A stretch of DNA of 53,457 nucleotides from contig JANOHV010000208.1 in the NCBI GenBank assembly GCA_031406795.1, forward strand, positions 1 to 53,457, written 5' to 3'. Source of the DNA: Candidatus Rokuibacteriota bacterium (GTDB lineage Bacteria; JAUVQV01; DATDCY01). Shown here in pieces: positions 44,966 to 53,457 of this stretch. Made by a program: the position numbers and the translations under genes. A model generated the notes under the pieces. That model worked only from the letters and a program-made list of their open reading frames with translations, ran no database searches and was not told the origin of the DNA. How positions within the stretch are numbered: the first letter of the stretch is position 1; every line of letters begins with the position of its first letter.

Positions 44966-45727
44966 CTAGCCGAAGCGGCCGGTGACGTAATCCTCGGTCC
45001 GCTTCTCGGCGGGGTTGGTGAACAGCGTCGGCGTGCGGTTGTATTCCACGAGCTGGCCGAGGTAGAAAAAGCCGCACTCGTCCGAGATCCGCGCCGCCTG
45101 CTGCATGTTGTGGGTCACGATGACGATCGTGTAGTTCTCCTTGAGTTCGAGCATCAGCTCCTCGACGCGCATCGTCGAGACCGGGTCGAGCGCCGAGCAG
45201 GGCTCGTCCATCAGCAGCACCTCGGGCTCCACCGCCACCAGGCGCGCGATGCACAGCCGCTGCTGCTGCTCGGTCGGGAGTTCGAGCGCGGGCCGGCGCA
45301 GCTTGTCCTTGAGCGGCTCCCAGAGGTTGACCGCGCGCAGGCTCTTCTCGACCGCCGCCTCGAGCACGTCGCGCCGGCTCTCCCCGTGCACCCGCGGCCC
45401 GTAGGTCACGTTGTCGTTGATCGAGAGCGGGAAGGGGTTCGGGCGCTGAAAGACCATGCCGACGCGCTTGCGCAGCAGCGCCAGACTCTGCCCGGGCCGG
45501 TAGATGTCCTCGCCGTCGAGCAGCACCGTGCCCTCGACGCGCGCGCTCTCGACCAGGTCGATCATCCGGTCGAGGGTCTTGAGCAGCGTCGTCTTGCCGC
45601 AGCCGGAGGGGCCGATGAAGGCCGTGATCCGGTTCGCCGGGATGGTCAGGTTCACGTCCTGCAGGGCGTGGAACGCGCCGTAGTAGAGATTCAGCGCGCG
45701 CACGTCGATCTTGCCTTCGCCGGCCAT
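44966..45727 (-). CDS. pstB: Phosphate ABC ATPase (degenerate signature LPTEQ)
   Basis: GPSGCGKT, MVFQRPNPF, LLMDEPCSALDP, VTHNMQQA, YVTGRFG. Confidence 0.92.
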   Translation of the reverse strand: MAGEGKIDVRALNLYYGAFHALQDVNLTIPANRITAFIGPSGCGKTTLLKTLDRMIDLVESARVEGTVLLDGEDIYRPGQSLALLRKRVGMVFQRPNPFPLSINDNVTYGPRVHGESRRDVLEAAVEKSLRAVNLWEPLKDKLRRPALELPTEQQQRLCIARLVAVEPEVLLMDEPCSALDPVSTMRVEELMLELKENYTIVIVTHNMQQAARISDECGFFYLGQLVEYNRTPTLFTNPAEKRTEDYVTGRFG

Positions 45728-46512
45728 CACCCGAACCTCCCGGAGATGTAGTCGTCGGTGCGCCGGTCCCGGGGGACGGTGAAGATCTGCTGCGCGGCGC
45801 CGTGCTCGACCAGCTCACCCATCAGGAAGTAGGCCACCTCGTCCGAGACGCGCGCGGCCTGCTTGGTGTTGTTGGTCACCAGCACGATCGTGTAGCGCTC
45901 CTTGAGTTCGGAGAGCGCCTCCTCGATCTTGAGCGTCGAAATCGGGTCGAGACCGGAGCAGGGCTCGTCGAGCAGGATCACCTCGGGGTCCAGCGCGATC
46001 GTGCGGGCGATGCACAGGCGCTGCTGCTGCCCCCCCGAGAGGCGCAGCGCCGAGGTCTCGAGCCGGTCCTTGACCTCGTCCCAGAGGATCGCGGCCTTGA
46101 GCGAGGACTCCACGAGCTCGTCCAGGCGCGAGCGCTCGCGCACGCCGTGCAGCCGCGGGCCGTAGGCGATGTTGTCGTAGATGCTGCGCGGCAACGGCAC
46201 CGGGGTGTCGAAGACCATGCCGACGCGCCGGCGCAGGTGCGGCGGTTCGACCGCCGGCCCGTGGATGTCCTCGCCGTCGAGCAGGATCCGCCCGGTGTGT
46301 CGCGTGCCGTGCACGAAGTCCGACATGCGGTTCAGGCAGCGCAGCAGCGTGCTCTTGCCGCTGGAGGAGGGGCCGACGATGCCGAGGATGCTGTTGCGGG
46401 CGATCGCCAGCGTGATGTCGCGCAGCGCCGCGTGCCCCCCGGGGTAGAAGTAGCTGAACGCCTCGATGCTGACCTTCGTCCCGGCGTCGGGCGCGGACGC
46501 GGGGGCGCTCAC
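45727..46512 (-). CDS. pstB: Phosphate ABC ATPase, second copy (Q-loop and H-switch substituted)
   Basis: GTG start overlapping the pstA stop; GPSSSGKS, MVFD, LSGGQQQ, LLDEP, VTNN, YISGRFG. Confidence 0.9.
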   Translation of the reverse strand: MSAPASAPDAGTKVSIEAFSYFYPGGHAALRDITLAIARNSILGIVGPSSSGKSTLLRCLNRMSDFVHGTRHTGRILLDGEDIHGPAVEPPHLRRRVGMVFDTPVPLPRSIYDNIAYGPRLHGVRERSRLDELVESSLKAAILWDEVKDRLETSALRLSGGQQQRLCIARTIALDPEVILLDEPCSGLDPISTLKIEEALSELKERYTIVLVTNNTKQAARVSDEVAYFLMGELVEHGAAQQIFTVPRDRRTDDYISGRFG

Positions 46513-47351
46513 GAAAACCTCCGCATCATCCGGTGCATCAGACCGTAGGCCGTGACGTTGATCGCGAGGATCGAGATCATCAGCACCGCCGCCGTGCCGT
46601 AGGCCATTTCGGCGGAGATCCCCTCGCGGGCCAGGATGTAGAAGTGCACGCCGAGCGTGCGCCCGGAGTCCAGCACGGTTGTCGGGGGCATCAGGCTCGA
46701 GCCCGCGGTGAAGATCACGGCGGCGGTCTCGCCGATGCAGCGCCCGATGCTGAGCATGATCCCGGTGACGATCCCCGGCAGCGCCCCGGGGAGCACGACG
46801 AGGGTCACCGTCTGCCAGCGCGTGCCGCCGAGCGAGTAGCTGACCTCGCGCTGGGCGTGCGGCACCGCGAGGATCGCCTCCTCGCTGGTGCGGATGATCG
46901 TCGGCAGCACCATGATCGCCATCGTCAGGCCGCCGGAGATGATCGACCAGCCCAGGTGCAGGTAGAGCACGAAGGTCACGAACCCGAAGAGCCCGAGGAT
47001 GATCGAGGGGACGCCGGCGAGGCACTCCGCCGCGAAGCGGATGATGCGCGTCAGGCGCCCCTCGCGTGTGTATTCGGTCAGATAGATCGCCGTGCCGACG
47101 CCGAGCGGCGTGGCGATCGCGAGCGCCACGGCCGAGAGGAAGATCGTGCTGACGATGAAGGGGAAAATGCCGCCGGAGCGGCCCATGTCGATCGCGTGCC
47201 CGCTGAAAAACTCCCAGCTGAAGACCGGCACCCCTTTGAGCAGCAGGTAGGTGATGATGAAGATCAGGATCGAGAGCGTGAGCGCCGTCACGAGGATCAG
47301 CAGCGCCTTGATGATTTGCTGCGCGAAGTCCGGGTGGATCAGCCGTTTCAT
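46509..47351 (-). CDS. pstA: Phosphate ABC permease PstA
   Basis: AIYLTEY, LAGVPSIILGLFG, RTSEEAILAVP, IGETAA. Confidence 0.95.
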   Translation of the reverse strand: MKRLIHPDFAQQIIKALLILVTALTLSILIFIITYLLLKGVPVFSWEFFSGHAIDMGRSGGIFPFIVSTIFLSAVALAIATPLGVGTAIYLTEYTREGRLTRIIRFAAECLAGVPSIILGLFGFVTFVLYLHLGWSIISGGLTMAIMVLPTIIRTSEEAILAVPHAQREVSYSLGGTRWQTVTLVVLPGALPGIVTGIMLSIGRCIGETAAVIFTAGSSLMPPTTVLDSGRTLGVHFYILAREGISAEMAYGTAAVLMISILAINVTAYGLMHRMMRRFS

Positions 47352-48205
47352 CGCGCGCGCCGCCGTGAGGTCGCCGTGGCGGCGAGGTTCAGGATCATGA
47401 TCATCACGAAGAGGATGACCCCGGTCGCGAAGAGGGCCTTCTGGTGCTTGCCCGAGGCGTAGCCGAGTTCCAGCGCGATGTTGGAGGTCAGCGTCCGGAT
47501 CGGGGCGAGCGGGGAGTCGGGCAGATCGAGAGCGTTGCCGGTAACCATGATCACGGCCATCGTCTCCCCGATCGCGCGTCCCATGCCGAGGATCACCGCG
47601 GTGACGATCCCGGAGCGGGCCGCCGGGATGACCACGTGAGTCACCGTCTGCGCCGTGGTCGCCCCGAGCGCGAGCGAACCCTCGCGGTACGAGCGCGGCA
47701 CCGCCTCCAGCGCGTCGATCGAGATGCTGATCACCGTCGGCAGGATCATGATGCCGAGGATGAGCGCCCCGGCAAGCAGCGAGAGCCCCGGGCCGCCGAG
47801 ATAGATGCGGATCAGCGGCACGAGAAAGACCACGCCGAGAAAGCCGTAGACGACCGACGGGATGCCGGCGAGCAGTTCGATCGCGGGCTTGAGGATCCTG
47901 CGCACGCGCGGCTTGGAAAATTCGACGAGGAAGATGGCGCAGGAGAGCCCGAGCGGGACGCCGAGCGCCAGCGCCCCGCCGGTGGCGAGGAGCGAGCCGA
48001 CGATCATCGGCAGCAGCCCGAACTTTCCCTTCGTCGGCGCCCAGTCGAGCGCCCCGAGCATCTTGCCCGGGCCGACCTCGATGATGAATGGCAGCCCCTC
48101 CTTGAAGATGAAGAAGGTGATGATGAACAGGATGGCGATCGAGGAGACGGCGATGAGGGTGAGCGCCAGTTCGATGGCGCTCTCGCCGCGGCGCTTCAGG
48201 TTCAC
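47348..48205 (-). CDS. pstC: Phosphate ABC permease PstC
   Basis: ELLAGIPSVVYG, REGSLALGAT, RAIGETMAV, LFATG. Confidence 0.95.
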   Translation of the reverse strand: MNLKRRGESAIELALTLIAVSSIAILFIITFFIFKEGLPFIIEVGPGKMLGALDWAPTKGKFGLLPMIVGSLLATGGALALGVPLGLSCAIFLVEFSKPRVRRILKPAIELLAGIPSVVYGFLGVVFLVPLIRIYLGGPGLSLLAGALILGIMILPTVISISIDALEAVPRSYREGSLALGATTAQTVTHVVIPAARSGIVTAVILGMGRAIGETMAVIMVTGNALDLPDSPLAPIRTLTSNIALELGYASGKHQKALFATGVILFVMIMILNLAATATSRRRAR

Positions 48206-49050
48206 GGCTGCACCACGGGGATCAGGCCCTCGAGGCCGAGCAGGCGCTGGCCGTCCGCGCCGAGCACGTAGTCGATGAAGGCTCGCGCGGGCCCGGCGGG
48301 CTCTTCGCGGGAGAGGAAGAGGAAGGGCCGGACGACCGCGTAGCGCTTGGCGAGGATCGTGTCGTAGGTCGGCAGCACATCGTCGACCGCGACGGCGCGC
48401 ACCCGCCGGTCGACCAGGCCGAGCGAGATGTACCCGAGCGCGTCGGGGTCGCTCGCGACGATCTCGCGCACCGCGCCGTTGGAGTCCTGCACCAGCGCCC
48501 GGGGCGCGATTTCCCTCTTCCCCATCACCATCTCCTCGAAGGCGCCGCGGGTGCCCGAGCCCTCCTCGCGGCTGACGAAGTGGATAGGCCGGTCAGGTCC
48601 GCCCACCGCGCTCCACCGGGGGATCTCGCCGGCGAAAATTGCGGCGATCTGCCCCCTCGTGAGGCCGGCGACGGGGTTGGCGGCATTGACGATGATCGCG
48701 ATGCCGTCGAGGGCGATGGTGACCTGGTGGAGCGCCTCCTCGCTGCCTTTCAGATGGCGCGAGGACATGCCGATCTGGGCCGCGCCGGTCTCGGCCGCGC
48801 GGACGCCCGCGGTGGAGCCCCCGCCCTGGACGTTGATCGCGAGGCCGGGGTGCGCCGCCATGTAAGTTTCGGCGAGTTTCTCGGCGAAAGGCTGCACCGA
48901 GGTCGAGCCGGCGACCGTAAGCGTCGATCCGTCGCCCCCCGCCGGGCGACACCCCGGCGTGACGAGCAAGAATGCAATGAAAACAAGAGGGAAGAGGCTT
49001 CCCGTTCCGCGAATCTTTCTCGCAGGGCGGCTGTCAGGATTCACGATCAT
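48202..49050 (-). CDS. pstS: Phosphate-binding lipoprotein PstS
   Basis: Lipobox-like TPGC, AGSTSV, GGGSTAG, SREEGSGTRGAF, LGYIS. Start uncertain. Confidence 0.92.
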   Translation of the reverse strand: MIVNPDSRPARKIRGTGSLFPLVFIAFLLVTPGCRPAGGDGSTLTVAGSTSVQPFAEKLAETYMAAHPGLAINVQGGGSTAGVRAAETGAAQIGMSSRHLKGSEEALHQVTIALDGIAIIVNAANPVAGLTRGQIAAIFAGEIPRWSAVGGPDRPIHFVSREEGSGTRGAFEEMVMGKREIAPRALVQDSNGAVREIVASDPDALGYISLGLVDRRVRAVAVDDVLPTYDTILAKRYAVVRPFLFLSREEPAGPARAFIDYVLGADGQRLLGLEGLIPVVQP

Positions 49051-49062
49051 GAGACGGCAGGG

Positions 49063-49091
49063 ATGGTAGCATCGAGTGAGGGCGATGTCAA
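49063..49091 (-). promoter_or_regulatory. Sigma70 promoter of the pst operon
   Basis: Minus strand TTGACA-17 nt (ending TGC)-TACCAT. Confidence 0.6.
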
Positions 49092-49204
49092 AATTGGCGC
49101 CGGAGCGGCAGGCGGTCGAACGGGCGTTTCGCCGCGGTTTGGATCGGGAACTTGACACCGTCCGGCTGCGTGGGGGATGATCGGCGTGACCGCGCTCAGA
49201 ACCT

Positions 49205-50458
49205 ATGGAAGACAAAACAGGCATCTACGTCGTCGGGCTGGTCGTCTGCCTCGCGCTCTCGGCGTTCTTCAACGCCGCGGAGACCTCCCTGGTTTCGCTC
49301 GGCAAGGTGCGGCTGCGCCGACTCAAGGAGCGGCACCCGCGCGTGGGGGCCGTGGTCGAGCGGTTGACCGACAACCCCGACCGGCTGCTCAGCACGCTGC
49401 TCATCGGCAACAACCTCGCCAACACCGCGGCATCAGCGGCGGGAACCGCGCTCGCGATCGAATTCGTCCCAGGGCATCCGGTGCTGGCCGCCACGGCGGC
49501 GGTCACCGTCATCCTGCTGCTGTTCGCCGAGATCACGCCGAAGGTACTCGCGGCGAGCTTCGCCGAGCCGGTCGCCCTCGCGGTCGCGCGGCCGCTCGAT
49601 CTCATCGCGCGCGTCGCCATGCCGCTGATCAAGGTCCTCTCTCTGCCGCCCCGTGCGCTGCTCTGGCTGCTCGGGGGGGGGGCGCAGCAGCATGACGAGA
49701 CGATCTCCGAGGACATCAAGACGATGGCGATGCTCGGGCGCGAGGAGGGGAGCCTCGGCCAGGACGAACAGGAGATGATCCATAGCCTCGTCGAGTTCGG
49801 GGCGCTCAATGCGGGCCAGATTATGGTCTCGCGAGTCGACATTCTGAGTCTCGACCTGGACCTGCCGCGGGAGGCGGAGATCGACCTGGTGATCGAGAGC
49901 GGCCACTCGCGCATCCCGGTCTACCGCGGGTCGAAGGATCACATCAACGGCGTGCTGCAAGCGCGGGACTTTCTGGTGGCCTGGCGGCGCGGGGAGGCGG
50001 ACGGGATCGAGCGGTTCGTGCGGCCGCCGTTCTTCATCCCCGAGTCGATGCTGGTCAGCACGTTGTTCCGCGAATTCCGCACGCGCAACGAGCGGATGGC
50101 GGTCGTGGTCGACGAGTACGGCGGCACGGCGGGGATCGTCACGCTCGAGGACGTGCTCGGGGAGATCGTCGGGGAGATCGTCGACGAGGACCGCGACGTG
50201 GCGCTGCTCGCGCCGCGGCGCGACGGGTCGGTCACGGTCAGCGGCCAGATCGCGCTGGATGACCTGAACGCCAAAGCCAACCTGGCGCTGCCGGACGAGG
50301 AGTTCCAGACGCTCAGCGGGTTGCTGGTGAACCATCTTGGGCGGGTGCCTTACCCGGGCGAGGAGATCGCGCTGCCGGGGGTGGTCTTCCAGGTGCTCGA
50401 CGCCGATCAGCGCCGCATCTACCGCCTGGCAATGAAAAAGCAGGCCCCGTCGAGCTGA
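49205..50458 (+). CDS. CNNM/CBS/CorC (hemolysin-family) membrane protein
   Basis: SAFFNAAETSL, LLIGNN, FAEITPK, GHSRIPVY, VVVDEYGGTAGIVTLED, CorC-type C-terminus. Confidence 0.93.
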   Translation: MEDKTGIYVVGLVVCLALSAFFNAAETSLVSLGKVRLRRLKERHPRVGAVVERLTDNPDRLLSTLLIGNNLANTAASAAGTALAIEFVPGHPVLAATAAVTVILLLFAEITPKVLAASFAEPVALAVARPLDLIARVAMPLIKVLSLPPRALLWLLGGGAQQHDETISEDIKTMAMLGREEGSLGQDEQEMIHSLVEFGALNAGQIMVSRVDILSLDLDLPREAEIDLVIESGHSRIPVYRGSKDHINGVLQARDFLVAWRRGEADGIERFVRPPFFIPESMLVSTLFREFRTRNERMAVVVDEYGGTAGIVTLEDVLGEIVGEIVDEDRDVALLAPRRDGSVTVSGQIALDDLNAKANLALPDEEFQTLSGLLVNHLGRVPYPGEEIALPGVVFQVLDADQRRIYRLAMKKQAPSS

Positions 50459-50473
50459 GCGGTTGTGCGGTTC

Positions 50474-50674
50474 GGGAGGGGGTGAACCCCTCCCCTACAA
50501 CCGAGGACGGTGGTGGGCGGTTGACGGGTTATTCCCCCGCGTGGTGACGGTGGCGCCTTAGGGGCGAGGTTGATCCCCGCCCAAACGTTCGCACGTCAAC
50601 ATCGTAAGGGCGGGGTTGATCCTCACCCAAACGTTCGCACGTCAACATCGTAGGGGCGGGGTTGATCCCCGCCC
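50474..50674. repeat. REP cluster: one inverted REP plus a 46-bp tandem array (2.5 copies)
   Basis: REP at 50474-98; units starting 50559, 50605 and 50651 (TAGGGGCGGGGTTGATCCCCGCCC-like) with an identical linker AAACGTTCGCACGTCAACATCG. Confidence 0.8.
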
Positions 50675-50708
50675 GGCAGGGAACGGGATAGTGTGATGCC
50701 ATGCGGCG

Positions 50709-52313
50709 TCACAGCGGATAGGCGCGCTCGGCGATCTTTGCCAGACAGTGCTCGATCGGCCGCGTCGTGTCCACACGCTCGGCCTCGGGCCAGGGATCGA
50801 ACGTGCGCCGCATCGACCGATAGACTTCCCAGCCGGCGTCGGAGGGCCCCGCGTAGCCGGGCAGTGAGCGGGATTTCAGCCGCTCGCGTGCGACTTTCAC
50901 GGGGCAGCCGCACTCCACGGCGACCAGCACTCCTCCCACGGCCCGCGCCAGCCCCGCGGCGCGCCGGCGGTCCGCCGCCCGGCCGAAGGTCGCATCGAGC
51001 ACGACGCTGTGCCCGGCGCGCAGCTGCCGTTCGGCCTGAACGAATAGCTCGCGATAGGTCAAATCGGTCATGCCGGCGGCGTAGATCCCGGCGCCGACCG
51101 CCGCGGGGCGCCGCTCCCCCGGGTCGGCTCCGGCCAGGCCCTTGCGCAACAGATCCGAGGCGATGCAGTCGGCGCCGATGCGCCCGGCCAGCGCGTGGGC
51201 GATCGTGCTCTTGCCGCTGCCCGGCAGGCCGCCGACGATGATCAGCCGCGGCCGCGCGTCGCGTCGAGCCAGCTCGCGCGCGAGGCGGAAATAGCTCCTC
51301 GCGCGGCGCGCGGCCGTCCGCTTGTGCGCCGCCGGTATGCCCGGGTCGGCGAGCCGGAAGCTCTCGACCTTCTCGCGCACGACCGCGCGGTAGCAGGCGT
51401 AGAACGGGACGAGCAGCCGCACCTCCCAGTCGCCGGTGCGGCGCAGGTACTCGTCCATCAGGGCCGTCGCCAGGTCCGGGCGCCGGTGGTGGAGCAGGTC
51501 CATGTACAGAAAGGCGATGTCGGCGGCCACGTCGCACTGGCGCAGACGATCGGAGAACTCGATGCAGTCGTAGATCCGCACCCGCGAGCGCTCGATGCTG
51601 ACGTGCTCGGCGTGCAGGTCGCCGTGCCCGTCGCGGATGCGCCCCTCGCGTGTCCGCTTCTCCAGCAGCGCGCGCCGGCGCTCGAGGAAGTCGTGGTTGT
51701 AGTCCCAGACCAGCAGGTAGTCCCCGCCGCTCACGGTTCTTTCAAGGAAGGGGAGTGTCTCCCGGAAGTTCTCCCGCAGGTTCTCGGCGAGCACCGCGAC
51801 CCGCCGCCAGCGCGGCGCCGCCGGCGCCGCTCGCGCGTGAAACGCGGCGATCCGCCGCGCGACCCGGCGCAGATCGGCGGCATCCGCCGCGCCCCGGGCC
51901 AGCAGTGACGTGAGCAGACGCGCTTGCGGCAGCAGGCGCATGACGACCGCGTAGTCGACGATTTGGCCGGGCGGGGTCAGGGAGAATCCTCCTCGTCCGG
52001 GGACAGATTTCAAATCTGTACCCTTTGCGTAGACGGGGACAGTTCCCAGGTACAACCCCGGCGCCAGCCGGCGATTCAACGTGATCTCCCGGCGGCAGGC
52101 CTGCGCGCGCTTGCGCAGCGTCGAGAAGTCGAGAAAGCCGAAGTTCACTGGTTTCTTGACCTTGTAGACCCGGTCCCCTGCGATGAAGACCCACGAGACG
52201 TGCGTCTGCACCAACCGCACGCGGCCGGGCCGGCGCGGATAAAACTCCGGCCGGAGCATCGCGCGCACAAGGGGCTGCGGCTGTTCGGGTCGGGTCTGCG
52301 GTGCGCTGACCAT
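50709..52313 (-). CDS. Bifunctional aminoglycoside-phosphotransferase-like kinase / P-loop (AAA_33) protein
   Basis: QTHVSWVF, YKVKKPVNFGFLDFST, RDGHGDLH, DCIEF, GGLPGSGKST, VVLDATF; GGAGG RBS then ATG 52313. Confidence 0.9.
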   Translation of the reverse strand: MVSAPQTRPEQPQPLVRAMLRPEFYPRRPGRVRLVQTHVSWVFIAGDRVYKVKKPVNFGFLDFSTLRKRAQACRREITLNRRLAPGLYLGTVPVYAKGTDLKSVPGRGGFSLTPPGQIVDYAVVMRLLPQARLLTSLLARGAADAADLRRVARRIAAFHARAAPAAPRWRRVAVLAENLRENFRETLPFLERTVSGGDYLLVWDYNHDFLERRRALLEKRTREGRIRDGHGDLHAEHVSIERSRVRIYDCIEFSDRLRQCDVAADIAFLYMDLLHHRRPDLATALMDEYLRRTGDWEVRLLVPFYACYRAVVREKVESFRLADPGIPAAHKRTAARRARSYFRLARELARRDARPRLIIVGGLPGSGKSTIAHALAGRIGADCIASDLLRKGLAGADPGERRPAAVGAGIYAAGMTDLTYRELFVQAERQLRAGHSVVLDATFGRAADRRRAAGLARAVGGVLVAVECGCPVKVARERLKSRSLPGYAGPSDAGWEVYRSMRRTFDPWPEAERVDTTRPIEHCLAKIAERAYPL

Positions 52314-52406
52314 GTACCCTCCGTTGACGCCTGTATGATACATTCTACCCCAGCACGGGGGATTTCTCCCCCCCAGAGCACTGCAGTCGTGTGGAGGATG
52401 CGCCCG

Positions 52407-52574
52407 ATGACGCTCGTCAAGAAATCCCAGCCGAAGGAGCGGCCGTGCCTCATCTGCGGCAAGCCCTCGTTCCAGACGATCTGCCCGAGCTGCCAGGCGC
52501 GCATCCAGGGAGAGGCGATCGAGAAGAAGACCGTAATCGAGAAGAAGGGGCGGACGGAGCAGGGACGGCAGTAA
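52407..52574 (+). CDS. Small (55 aa) CxxC...CxxC Zn-finger-like protein
   Basis: GGAGG 9 nt upstream of the ATG; CLICGKPSFQTICPSC then a charged helix. Confidence 0.6.
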   Translation: MTLVKKSQPKERPCLICGKPSFQTICPSCQARIQGEAIEKKTVIEKKGRTEQGRQ

Positions 52575-52769
52575 GGCGTGCGCCGCGCGTCGGCGGGGTC
52601 GCCGTCCGGACGATCTCGCAACCCTCCTGCCCGACATCAGGTATATAAATGTGAAGTTGTTGAGTTTTCTTCAGCGCCGGGGTGCTGAGAAACGGCGGAA
52701 GCGCGGTGGAGTTTGGACTTCGAATGGATGGAAGTACTCGATGACGGACGTCTGGGCCTGCCCGCCCGC

Positions 52770-53279
52770 ATGATTCCGGGCAGAGGGCCCGGCGATCAGG
52801 CAGGGGCCACCCTTGTGGAGATCGGGGTCGTCCTCGCGGTGCTGGGGGTGCTCTTGTCCCTGGGCCTGCCTTCCCTGAAGGGGTGGAAGGAGTCGATGGA
52901 CTTGCGGAACGCGGCAGCCGAAGTATCGGACGTCATGCTCGCGTCGAGGACGAAAGCCATCGTCGAACGGCGGACGTACACCGTGAGCGCGGATGAGACC
53001 GCGGACACCCTCGCCGTCGCACCTGCCGGACGGACCGACCATTTGCCGGGCTCCGTCGATCTCTACATCGACAACAGCGATCCCGACTGTCTTTCGCTGT
53101 CCTCCCGGAACATCGATTTCCGGCCGAACAGCACGGCCGACGCCGTCGGATTCGAGGCCGTCTACCTCAGGAGCAAGAGCGCAAGGGTTCAGGTGCGCTA
53201 CCGGATCAAAGTCCTCGGCGCGGCGGCCAAGGTCAGCGTGGAGCGGTGGTTGGGGGGAGCATGGGTCGGCGCGTACTGA
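52770..53279 (+). CDS. GspH/FimT-like minor (pseudo)pilin
   Basis: Prepilin motif QAG^ATLVEIGVVLAVLGVL; SRTKAI; IDFRPN. Start may be 52728. Confidence 0.78.
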   Translation: MIPGRGPGDQAGATLVEIGVVLAVLGVLLSLGLPSLKGWKESMDLRNAAAEVSDVMLASRTKAIVERRTYTVSADETADTLAVAPAGRTDHLPGSVDLYIDNSDPDCLSLSSRNIDFRPNSTADAVGFEAVYLRSKSARVQVRYRIKVLGAAAKVSVERWLGGAWVGAY

Positions 53280-53457
53280 GGTCGCGGGGTCTCCCGGGCG
53301 AGTCACAGCGCGGGTTCACCATGATCGAGATCATGATCGCGATGGTGATCACGATCACGGTGATGCTGGCCAACTTCTACCTGTTCGACATCTCCCGGAA
53401 GAACCTCGCCCGGAGCCGGGCCCTGACCGCCGCGACGAACCTGGCCACGAACAAGCT
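53261..53457 (+). CDS. PilV-like minor pilin (partial, runs off the window)
   Basis: Translated by hand: MGRRVLRSRGLPGESQRG^FTMIEIMIAMVITITVML...AATNLATNK. Confidence 0.75.
   Translation, partial: MGRRVLRSRGLPGESQRGFTMIEIMIAMVITITVMLANFYLFDISRKNLARSRALTAATNLATNK

Noticed and set aside
50559-50674. Repeat-spacer-like array resembling a mini CRISPR
   Set aside because: The two 22-nt linkers are identical, the repeats vary and belong to the dispersed GTAG-REP family, and no cas genes are present.

Overview
High-GC (roughly 68-70% by eye) diderm bacterial chromosomal region. Its centre is a contiguous reductive-type dissimilatory sulfite reduction cluster, dsrT-M-K-J-O-P-C-[HEAT-repeat gene]-A-B-D-L. 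A GGCT gene and repeats follow, then siroheme genes (sirC-like, cobA) and dsrN. Directly upstream is what looks like a dedicated sigma54 module: an enhancer-binding protein with no sensor domain (probable CTG start), a separate pseudo-receiver gene, two -24/-12 promoters and four CTGACA-N3-(T/C)GTCAG-type palindromes. Other content: a Ycf46-type AAA ATPase (partial), a DUF1998 helicase fused to an exonuclease, a Phd-VapC toxin-antitoxin pair, an HsdR C-terminal remnant, argFGH, a heme cluster (AhbD-like radical SAM, hemE, hemH, hemY-like), tol-pal with a LysM coiled-coil gene, nth, pstSCAB-B-phoU with two complementarily degenerate PstB subunits, a CNNM/CorC protein, a kinase fusion and the start of a type IV pilin cluster. 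Several families of short palindromic repeats (REP/MITE-like) occur, some in frame inside genes. No rRNA, tRNA, CRISPR array or transposase was recognised. All calls come from motifs read by eye; no database searches were run.
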